Origin: Lama guanicoe
Lineage: Eukaryota
Assembly: GCA_013239625.1 (NCBI GenBank)
Contig: MU053873.1
Coordinates: 3,176,524-3,240,523, forward strand
Reading direction: 5' to 3'
Length of the DNA stretch: 64,000 nt
Shown: in pieces, positions 24,421 through 34,400 of the stretch
How the letters are laid out: each line of letters opens with the position of its first letter
How positions within the stretch are numbered: the first letter of the stretch is position 1
Made by a program: the position numbers and the translations under genes
Notes under the pieces: model-generated
Databases searched by the model: none
Told to the model about the DNA's origin: nothing
Seen by the model: the letters and a program-made list of their open reading frames with translations, nothing else

Positions 24421-25776
24421 CTGAAGTGGGCCGAGAGCACACGCCCACCCTAAAGTTAGAGGTCTGAGGCACGAAACAGGGGCTACAGAAAGTGAAATCC
24501 TTTGCCGAGTTTCTGAGCGTTTGTTACAAAAAAGAAGAAAACGTAGAAAATGATAGCTGTTATTCTTGAAGGCAGCGCAGCGTATTCTGGGTTCAAATCC
24601 TACCTCTACCTCTTCCTGGCTGTGTGACCCTGGGCAGGTTATTTAACCTCTCTGAGAGAAAGGGATGCTGTCAGGATTGAACACGTTAAGTTATGCAGAA
24701 GGCTTAGTTCAGTGTCTCACGCAGAGTATGTGCTGGGTAAGGGTTTGGAATTCATATTTACAGCAGGCTTCATTCAGCTCCAGGTTTGGGAGGTGGAGTG
24801 TTGCCATGGAGAGAACACTACGCCGGGGGACCCAAACCCCTTCCCAAACATGTGTTTTGGTTTCCTGATTTGTACAACGAGGTTTGAGCAGGTAATCTCT
24901 CATGAGCCTCAGCTGTAATACTTTACGGCATTTTTCTTTTTGTGTTGTGTTGGGGGAAAGTCCATGAGGACCCAGTGAAACTATGAATAGAGAGAAGAGC
25001 TGTGGGCATCACCAGTGCTACGGAAAACAAACCCAAGGGCCGCTATGCACAATTCATTAGTTGGCCAACAAGCCTGGAACCAATGAATTCTGATGGGCAA
25101 ATATGCAAGTGTTGACATAAAACTGAACCCACATGAATATTTCAGGCCTCTGCTAAGGACTCTGAGCCCCCTTCCAGATCAGAGACCGAATAATGGCCTC
25201 AAAGAAAAGCTTTACGATTTGTTTCCTCTTCCCTTTCCAAATGGAGTTTAGCAACAATGTCAAAGGGCAGCAGGAGGGTTACAAGAAGAGCAGTTCTCCA
25301 GGGCCTGAGATACCACTAACTTCCAGTAACGATGGCAGAGGGGAAAAGGGAATCTGGAGATGGAGTCTGCCATAAGTCATTCTATCATTGTTTTCTTTTC
25401 TTCTCTATCATTTGACCATGCTAGAATCAAGCCAAAAAATGATATATGATATAGCTCAGTATCCCACACTTAGTCAATTAAAATGCAGTGGATCACAGTT
25501 CCATGGTAATCTGCAGAGACAATTATGCCTTGAGGGATCCCTTGAGCCATTCCGAGAATCACTGAGGGTCAAAGCAAAGAAGAATTTTTCCGTTCTTTAT
25601 CCAGCCTTCTTAGAGACCAAATGCCCAACAGGGGGTTGGGAGAAAATGTTTCAGAATAAGGGGTGCAGCCTCCCAGTGTCCAGACACACCACCACACTGT
25701 GGGGTAAGCTGGCTGGCTGCAGAGAGAGTAGAACCTGGACCAGGATGGAGTCAAGGTCAAGAGTCAATCTCCTCCT

Positions 25777-26069
25777 TCGCTCATATGTGGAATCTAAAGA
25801 CTCATGGACAGAGAATACAGACTTGTGGTTACCAGGCGGGTAGAGGGTGGGAAGGGATAGACTGGGATTTCAAAATTGTAGAATAGATAAACAAGATTAC
25901 ACTATATAGCACAGGGAAATATACACAAAATGTTATGATAAATCACAGAGAAAAAAATATGACAATGAGTGTGTATATGTCCATGAATGATTGAAAAATT
26001 GTGTTGAACACTGGAATTTGACACAACATTGTAAAATGATTATAAATCAATAAAAAATGTTAAAAAAAA
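25777..26069 (+). mobile_element. Young 5'-truncated L1 (3' UTR + poly(A)), camelid-like, with 15-bp TSD
   Basis: tcgctcatatgtggaatct...atagcacagggaaatatacacaa...ctggaatttgacacaacattgtaaaatgattataaatcaataaaaaatgttaaaaaaaaa; AGTCAATCTCCTCCT at 25762-25776 and 26070-26084. Confidence 0.9.
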
Positions 26070-26574
26070 AGTCAATCTCCTCCTGTCACTGATGTGACCC
26101 CGCTTTCTCCTGAGTAAGTCACTTGACCTCTCAGGGGGCATCTTCTCACTCTCTCCTACCTGCCCCAAGGGACTGTGGTAAACAGCAAGTGGAGCGGCTG
26201 AGGTGGGAGGTGAAGACGATGGTGTTTCCTCTGTAACATCTCGTGTCACTGGAGTACAGAGCTAAACGGGGATATAATCCCAGAAATCCACCCCAGCCCA
26301 CCCAAGTCTTACCTATCCTTCAAGGGTCAGCAGCAATGCCACCTCCTCCTGGAAGCCTCCCTGATTCCCCAGCCTGAAAGGACCTCTGTCCTCCAAACTT
26401 CACAGCCCTCCCTCCAGATTATGGGTGTTTATGTACATACTGTACCCACATATCCTATAGAGAAAGCTCTGTGCTTCTGTAAAGCAGTCTGTTTAATACA
26501 TCTGTCTCCCACACACCTAAAACAGCCTAACACATACTAAGTACAAAATCCATTTCTGCTCAAAATGAGTGTCA

Positions 26575-26920
26575 GGTGGATGAGTGAATGAGTGAGTGGT
26601 GGATGGAGACGGGCAGAGCTGAATCCATGGATAACAAGGTGGACAGACAGAGAGGTCAAAGTCTGAAGGGGAAAAAAAAGAATAAAGGAAGAGAATGAAG
26701 AGAGGAAGGAAGAACACATGAGAAGGGAGGATGGCAGATGGATCAATGGTGGTACATGGAAACAGAGAGGATGTGAGTAGTCTGAGTGGATGGGCAGTTT
26801 GTGGGACAGGGTGACTGAAGAAAGGAGGGAGGGAGGGACCTGGGAGGGGAGCTGGATGAGTAACATCGATCCAGACCAAGGCACATGAGTGGACAGGTGG
26901 ACGGCGGGAGGATGGACAAG
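26575..26920. repeat. Purine-rich (GGAT/GAGT/GGA) low-complexity tract following an L2 tail
   Basis: ggatgagtgaatgagtgagtggtggatgga...gagaggaagga...ggatggcagatgga. Confidence 0.6.
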
Positions 26921-26979
26921 GCTTACACAGAAGCCTTCAAAGCTCTGGGTCTGAGCAGTGTCCACACGTCAACAAGTAC

Positions 26980-27117
26980 CTCAAATCTCTTGATCTGCAC
27001 TTTCTGGAACTCCGTCTTGTTCTCCAGGTCACAGATGACCGCCTCCTGCCTGCTGACGATGGCTCGATCCACGGTGGACCGCTCCAGGTACTCGATGCGC
27101 ATCTGAGCCACCTGCAG
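26980..27117 (-). CDS. MYO18B: MYO18B coding exon (~ex38), 138 nt: LQVAQMRIEYLERSTVDRAIVSRQEAVICDLENKTEFQKVQIKRFE
   Basis: Acceptor ...gtttgcccacag; donor GTACTT; 46 codons; within ORF 26923-27210. Confidence 0.95.
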
Positions 27118-28121
27118 CTGTGGGCAAACCCAAGAGGTCCATTGACCACCTGCTGGCCCTGAGTCCTGGAATTGGGGGTCCCAGTGAGACAGCCCCAGGC
27201 CCATCCACACCGCTCCTTCTCAGCTCTGCTTGGGTGAGACACACTGACTGCACACACCAGAACTGCCCATTCCAATCTGAGGACCCTCACACCAGACCGT
27301 GGCCCTGGGTCTCAGGTGCTGGAAGGCGACGTTTCCTGTGCCTTCAGCATCCAAAACCGGCCTTGCAATCGGTGCTGCTCCCACCTCCTCTCCCGGCCCT
27401 GCTGCAGGACCAACGCCTGTCTGTGGGCAGCAAGACTGAGCATCAGAGGACACACCAAGAGTGGGTTTGGGAGCCAAGCGCATGTATCAGGGTTCCAAGC
27501 CTGGCTCCCCACTTTCTAGCTGACGAGTCTGGGGAAGTCAGTGCCCTTCCTTCAGTCTCATTTCTTGGTTTTCTGGTGGCGGAGATGAGCGTCTGGTACA
27601 GCGCAAGCACCCAGCCAACGGCCCCTCCTGCTGCTGCGAGCCCTGCTGTGCTTGTGCCCATGCCCACGTGTATCTGCGGAAGACTCAGTCACTGACAGCC
27701 ACTCCAAGTGGGCACGTGCAGTGCTTCTAGAGGAGCTCTGAGAATTTCATGTATAATAGCAACCTGCTAGGTAGAGAGGGAAATTCAGGGGTGTTTGAAG
27801 GAACCACGACATCAAAAGAAGATTTCACAAGGGATGATGATCCTGTCTTGCACAGACCATCCCCTTTTCCTTGGAGCCATTCCTCAGGGGGAGAAAATCC
27901 TGCACTGAATGCGTGCTGAGTCTCGCTGTGGTCTCTGGATGCTGACAAGAAGCATGGGCAGGAATCTGTTGGGGGGGGATAGGGTGCGTCTGTCTGCTGG
28001 GATTATTCTCGATTCATCTGTCATGCAGCTGAAGTTGAGTAAATAAATGAATGAACGAATGAATAAACGAATGACAATTTCCAAGATCCCCCGTGACAAC
28101 ATGGCAGCTCTGAGCACGTAC

Positions 28122-28205
28122 TTGCTCCTGAAGCTTGTGCTTCTCCTTCTTGGCTTCCTCCAGCTGCAGCTGCAGCTCTTGGATCTGCCCGATGTCAGCA
28201 GCAGA
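28122..28205 (-). CDS. MYO18B: MYO18B coding exon (~ex37), 84 nt: SAADIGQIQELQLQLEEAKKEKHKLQEQ
   Basis: Acceptor ...ttttttgtctcaccag; donor GTACGT; 28 codons; within ORF 28014-28427. Confidence 0.95.
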
Positions 28206-29002
28206 CTGGTGAGACAAAAAAATGTCACCTTGAGACCACGGGCTCTGCTGGGAAACGACCCCTGGAAAACCCATCTTCCCCTCTGACAGATGCCTGCATA
28301 TCTCACATCGCCTGTGACAACAGTTGGTTCCAAAAGGGTACCTCTCATCCTCCCCAGTATCCCTCATCCCAGTGGTCGCTGAGTCCCTCCCATTACATAA
28401 GCCCACAGCTTTGGCCACCTGTCCCATGCTTCGTTCTCCACCCTGGAGAGCCCAGGCAGAATGAGCTGGCTAAAGCACTGGGACCAGAATTCTGAGGGAA
28501 GAGGACTATTCTGAGTGTCAGGTAACTGGGAGCCTAGACCTGGATACCAGCCTTGGCAAGCCACAGAACCTCTCTGTACCTCAGTATCCTCATCTGTAAA
28601 ATGGGTTAATGGTCTCTGCTCAGACCCTATACACAGGGTTTGTCCAGAGAGTAACTGAGGCAACAGAGAGTAAAGGTCTTTAAAAAGAGCTGAACTGGAC
28701 TGTTGAACACAACCATCTCCAAAGAGCAGGATTCCAGAGGGCAGGAGAGCCCTCACTTTCTATCATCCACATGTATTTATTATTTAAATTATTTACAATG
28801 AGCATATGAATCTGCTGCTTTTGTAACTAAAACAAAAATAATTTGAACAAAAACAAGTGTGATTCACGATTCCTACTTATCTTCAACGCATCGGTCCCTC
28901 CAAGGCCTGAAGACCACAGAGTGGCCCAACCATGCCGCCTTCCCGTTCCCCCCACTACCCCCGCCGACGGCTCCCGAGCCCTCTCCCAGCTGAGGCCATT
29001 GC

Positions 29003-29119
29003 CTGAGCAATGAGGTCCTTGTGCTTCTGCATGAGGTCATTCAGGTCATCCTGGTCCTCGTCCATGCGCCTCAGGAGGTCTGCCCTCTCGAACTGCAGCC
29101 GGTGCAGCTGCTCATCCAC
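29003..29119 (-). CDS. MYO18B: MYO18B coding exon (~ex36), 117 nt: VDEQLHRLQFERADLLRRMDEDQDDLNDLMQKHKDLIAQ
   Basis: Acceptor ...gtcctgcctccgccag; ends ATTGCTCAG followed by non-canonical GCAATG donor; 39 codons, phase 0/0. Confidence 0.9.
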
Positions 29120-29286
29120 CTGGCGGAGGCAGGACAGTGGAGAGGGTGAGGGAGTGAGGCAGGTAAGAGGGGCTGCAGGGGCTGATGAAGAGCAAAGGAA
29201 GGCTTGCCTGTGAGCGTGTCAGGTGGGTGAGGATCTTCCTGTGAGGGAGGCCATGGCTGCACCAGTGCGTGCTGTGGCTGTGACAC

Positions 29287-29306
29287 GTGTGTGTGTGTGT
29301 GTGTGT
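29287..29306. repeat. (TG)n microsatellite within a TG-rich tract
   Basis: About ten uninterrupted GT units. Confidence 0.85.
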
Positions 29307-30358
29307 ACAGGGCATGCACGTGACTGTGTGAACTCCGCACGTGTGTGCATGAGTGGATATATGTCTGCGAAAGCCCAACTCCAAATCTACGTATGTACAA
29401 TTCAAGTGCGCATAGGCCATTTATCTGTAATCTCTCCGTGAACAGAGACTTTATTCTGTTCACAGATGTATCTCCAGCGCTTGGCCTCATATAGCAGATG
29501 CTCAATAAATATGGCTAAATTTAGATGTCCATTTTACCTACGAGGGCACTGATTGTGTGCCTGGTGATTATGTATGTGAGTTTGTACATTCATCCCTGCA
29601 TGTGTGCGTGTGTGTGTGAATGTTTGTGGGCAAGTGCCCCTTAATCAGTGTACAAAATCTGGGACAAAAGGGCCAACAGCCATCTTGAGATGAGATTTTG
29701 CCTATAAATGTCTAGCTCTACCGAAACTTCAGGATTTTACACGTTACGTATACATTTAAGCCAACCCTGCACACCCAGACAGGGCACGGAGAAACCCACA
29801 CCCAATCTTCGCTGATGTAACAGACCCGTAATCTATGTTGACTTGCCCCTGATCAGCAAGGGACACACAGGTGGCTGGGTCCCTTTCAGTAGTGAGCCTA
29901 ACTGGGCCAATCAGGGTTACCCTCGTCTCCACTAAGAAGAATGGGCCTGCAGTTGCCTGACAATGATGAGCACATACATGCCCTCTTAGGTGGTGAGCAC
30001 ACAGTAGGACCACAACAGATGACGGGGAGCCACTTACAGTGGTGGGCACAGTATAGCCACACAACAGTTGTGTTCCCACTTCAGGTGCTGAGCAAACAGA
30101 CTCGTACTGGATGCATCCCCACAGGGCTGAGCACACATGAGGTCCACAGCAGGTTTCCCGGCCTATCTCTGCACAGGTGAGCACACAGTTGACGCTCATG
30201 TGTGCCCTCATATCTTTAAAATGCTCGGCTCTTAGTAGGATGCCTGTGCTCTCAGAGTGCCAAGCACCCAGTAGGTCTACAATGGATGTCAGACCAATCA
30301 GACCCTTGTCCCTCCTCTAATGCTGAGCACACAGTAGGCCTGTGGGGGGGGCAGGTAC

Positions 30359-30472
30359 CAGGCTCTTGCTGTGGGTCATGTGCTCCAGCTCACTGTGCAT
30401 GTTCTCCAGGTCTGTTGTCAGTGCCTTCTGGGTCTTCAAGGCATCCTCACACTTGGCTTCACTCTGCTCCAG
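30359..30472 (-). CDS. MYO18B: MYO18B coding exon (~ex35), 114 nt: LEQSEAKCEDALKTQKALTTDLENMHSELEHMTHSKSL
   Basis: Absent from the ORF track in this frame; translated by hand. Long polypyrimidine tract (cctcttctcttttcttgttcccctcctgcctggtccag); donor GTACCT; 38 codons, phase 0/0. Confidence 0.93.
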
Positions 30473-31007
30473 CTGGACCAGGCAGGAGGGGAACAAGAAA
30501 AGAGAAGAGGCCTAGTGACTATGTCTCCTTGAACGTCCTTCCCCTCTGGCCCCGCCCAGCCCCTCTCAGGCAGCAGGATACTTTAGGGGTGACCCTCACA
30601 TCTTCATAACTATTCATCAATCCACAAATGGGGGCAGCAGAGGTGTCTGCATTGGAGGCAGGCAGGTGCCAAGCCCACTCAAAACTGAACAAGCACTCCC
30701 CTCCCCAAAATGAGCCCAGGAGTAGCTTTTTAACCAGAGTTGTGAACACCTTTTTAAATGCTATGCAAAATATTCTGCATGTGAGAATTTTCCTGGGCTC
30801 ATGGCTTTCACTAGATTCTCAAAGGTTAAGAGCCACTGATCAAACGTTTCTCTTCCTCACCCTTCTCTTCTTTCTGTTGACTTGTACACGGCAGGTCTCC
30901 TACCCTAGCAAAGTGGGGACATTGAGACGAGTACAGTGACCTGTATGGCCCCAAAAGACAGACATTTCCCACTGGAGAGACCACATTCGTGCATAAACCC
31001 TAAGTCC

Positions 31008-31488
31008 TGTTAACTGAAAAAATATGCACAACCTAAAAGTTGAGAGTTGTTTTATTCAGCAGACTTTCTGAGGACTCGAACCCAGAAGTCAGATCGCTCT
31101 CAGAGACTGCTCCCAAGAGGCAAGGGAGGAACCAGGATATATGTGAGTTTTTGTTGACAAAGACCAGGTAGTTGGAACATCAAAAGATTATTGTTAATTA
31201 AAGAAAATCAGATACTACAAGTGAAGAGATTTAGTTCTGGGCTCACTGAAATCATTCCTTTGATCTCTAGGGCCAGTCCCCTGTTCTTCCACATCATGAG
31301 TTCCCTCAGGACCTCCTGGACATTCTAAGGAAGTTGTTCCTTGGGGGTTGGCTGCAGAGGCCAGGATGCCTGCTTGTTTCCATCCTGAATTCCCTCCACT
31401 CACTGTTGGGGTGGCGGTAGTCGCTGAAGATTTGATGGCTACCGCATCCTTTGTTTACTGAGATGGCAGACAATATTTTGCATTCACA
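31008..31488 (-). mobile_element. ERV1-class solo LTR (MER41-like, non-primate), 481 bp, 4-bp TSD GTCC
   Basis: TGT...ACA termini; GTCC at 31004-31007 and 31489-31492; minus-strand AATAAA at 31051-31056. End tgttaactgaaaaaatatgcacaacct...gagagttg resembles ungulate MER41-type LTRs as I recall them. Confidence 0.8.
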
Positions 31489-34400
31489 GTCCATTCTGCA
31501 ACTGAGAGTTTCCCCTTGATTTCTGAACCCTAGAATCTCTGAGCGAAAAAAAAGCCTTAGAAATCACCCAAGGAAAACACTTGGTGTTCAGAGAGGGGCG
31601 GTCCCTTGTCTGAAGTCATACAACTACAAGCAGTAAGGACACCCTGTGTATTGCCCAGACCAGCACGCTTTCTCAAGGGCCAGGCCACTGTTTCTCCAAA
31701 ACAGTAAACGATATTAAGGTTAGAAAAAAAAAAAAAAGCTAGCCAGAATCGTATTGAAGTGGCCACCCACTGAGGGGCCCCACTGATCTATAAAAGGAGA
31801 AAATACAAGCCAAGGCAGAGGATGCCAGGGGGACTGAGGAGACAGCATGCCTGGGACCATTTTCATCTTCTAAACTGGGCAGAGAACGTCTTCCATAGAA
31901 TGTCTGGGAGCTCAACACAGATGTTAGAAGAAGAGTAATGACACGGGAGGCTGTGAGAAGGCACCGGTCGAATACCCTCCTCAAGTGCTGTGATAAAGGC
32001 TCTTTCGCCCTCAAGCTAGATCTGTGAGGTGTGCACTGCTGATGCCCCACCTCACAGGCAAGGAAACCAAAGCCCCCGCCTATTTCCACGGCTTCCTCAC
32101 CCAGCACCTCTATTTCTAGCCCCACCCCACCGCCAGCAGCCACAATCCACAAACGCCCCATTGTCAAGGCCCTGAGAACAATGTATTTCTGCAGCTGGGC
32201 TCTGTGCCAGTCGGTCATGGGGAGGAGGGCTTGGCGGCCCATTTCCCCCAGTGCCTGGGAAGGCTTGAGACACACTGAGAAAAATGATGTGGAGCAAAGG
32301 AGGTAATTGGCATTGTTAGAGCATAATCGACAGAGGAAATGAGAAGTCAGGCCCAGTCTCATCTTCCCCGCAGGTGGCTCTGGGCCTCTGGGAAGGCAGG
32401 GAGGTGGGATGGAAGGCTCCACCGCAGGCAGGAAGGGCAAAGCCAGCCTTTGATTCATGTGTAAGTCAGAGGCCTCACTAAGGAGAGGCATTTAAACGAA
32501 CACCTAAAAGATGCAAAGGGGGCAGCCAGGTACACCTTTCAAGGGAAAGCTGCCCTATGTGGAGGCAACAGCAAGTGCAAAGGTCCCGAGGCAGGAACTG
32601 GAAGAGACCTGGGGCTGCAGAACAGGAAGACCGTCAGAGTTCCATACCAAGAGAAGGCGATGCTGAGGAAGTGAATGGGGTCACAGTGAGGCTTGTGAGC
32701 TGGGATGCAGAACCGAGGTTTGTTTTCAGTCTGCTGGAAAACCCTGGATGCTTTCTAAGGAGGGTGGGGGGCATGATCTCCCTCAGGCTGCTGTGGGAAG
32801 ACGGGCTTTAGTGGATATGACTAGCAATAGGGTAGCCAATGAGGGCACTGCTGTGGTCCTCCGAGAATGGGGTGGTGGAGGTGCTCCCACCAGAGAGGAA
32901 GGGCTGGAGATGGAGAGAAATGGCAGGGTGGGTGGGTGTCCGAGGAACAAAGAAACAGGCAGGCAGGAGCAGATGGGCCATTGTGGGAGATGATGTCAGA
33001 TAACTCACAGAGGAAGGGAGGCGTCACGCAGGGCCCCGCTGCCAGGACAAGTGGCTCGGCCCAGGGCCAGGAGGCCAGCGAGAGTCAGTGTACATCGCTT
33101 GACAGGGCAGAACCACTAGAGTGACAGCTGTTTCCATCTAATGAGCTCTCCTCCAGCTGAAAGAGGGTTTCACCAGCATGATGCCCTGGTCCTCAGAGCC
33201 GCCGGGAAAGAAGGCTCTGCTTTTATCCCCATTTTACAGACGGTTTATGATGCCTGACCCAGACCTGCTCTTTCCTTTCCCGAGTCTCCCTGGAGCAAGC
33301 GGGGAGAGGGACGATGCATCCCCAGGCAGAGACGAACACAGAGACAGCACGCCGTCCATGGAGGTGGCTGCTGGCATTCTTCTTAGTCCCCGCTGGGATA
33401 GAGACAGGATTATCTTGGCCCTGGTGGCTTGGGTGTGAGTGGCCCCACCTGCTACTGTTGCCTGGGGACCATTTCACCTGCACTAGTCTGTCTGTCTTGC
33501 TTCACCACAGCCCCACAACACCTCTAAGAGAAAAATGTCACTGTTAGGAAACTGAGGCTCACAGAGGGGAAGTGACTAGCCCACAGTTACACCGCTGGCA
33601 AGCGAGAAGCCCGGTTGGTCCAGCGTTAGAGCCCAAGCCCTTAGGCACTGGGCTCCGCTGCCACTCACGGAAAGGCACTCTCTGCAAAGAGCAGGATGGA
33701 TTAAACCAAAGGCAGAAATTGGATCGTGGAGAAACAGGTGGCTCAGTGGCTGGAAGCTACCACGGGAGCCACTCAGGCAGCGTCACTGACCTGACCAGGT
33801 AGGGACTGGACAACGAAGACAAATCAGAAAGAATGGATGGAACCCAGAGTCTGAATTCACGTGGTGGCCCCGAGGAAACACACGTCATTACCAGAGCCAT
33901 CCAGGAATGCGCAGGTTCATTCCAAAGGGGAGAGGACACCAACACGTGCTGGCCCCTGCCAAGCGCCAGGCCCACCGAGTGCGGGGGTCAGAGTGCAGGC
34001 ACCAGAGCCAGACCTGGGAGCCTGCCTCTCCAGCCTGTCACTGAACTTGCGGCACCTCAGCTTTCTCACCTGCAGAACGGGGATGCTGCCGGCACAGGAT
34101 TTGTGCAGGATGAAGGAGTGAAAACACGGGAGCGCCCAGGGCAGCACCCGGCACGGAGAACACACCGAGGAAGCAACAGTGGCTGTGCCCGAGAAGTGAG
34201 GACTTTGAACACCATTTAGGGGTAAAAAGTGACAGAGAGACCATGTGAGCTGTCAAGGTCCCAGGTCCAGGATGAGGCAGGGCCTGGGACCACACTCTCA
34301 GAGAGGAGATGCAAGCATCCCGGCAGACAGGGCAAGGTGGAGGGAGGGTGCTGATCCCAGAGGCACAGGGGTCAAGCAGGCCCAGCCCAGGTTTTCATCA

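Noticed and set aside
29967..30338. CRISPR-like repeat/spacer reading of the TGAGCACAC copies
   Set aside because: Repeats are short, degenerate and irregularly spaced, in mammalian intron DNA with no cas genes.
31739..32491. Longest ORF in the track (250 aa, minus strand)
   Set aside because: No recognisable domain and composition typical of translated intron; it does not fit the MYO18B exon chain.
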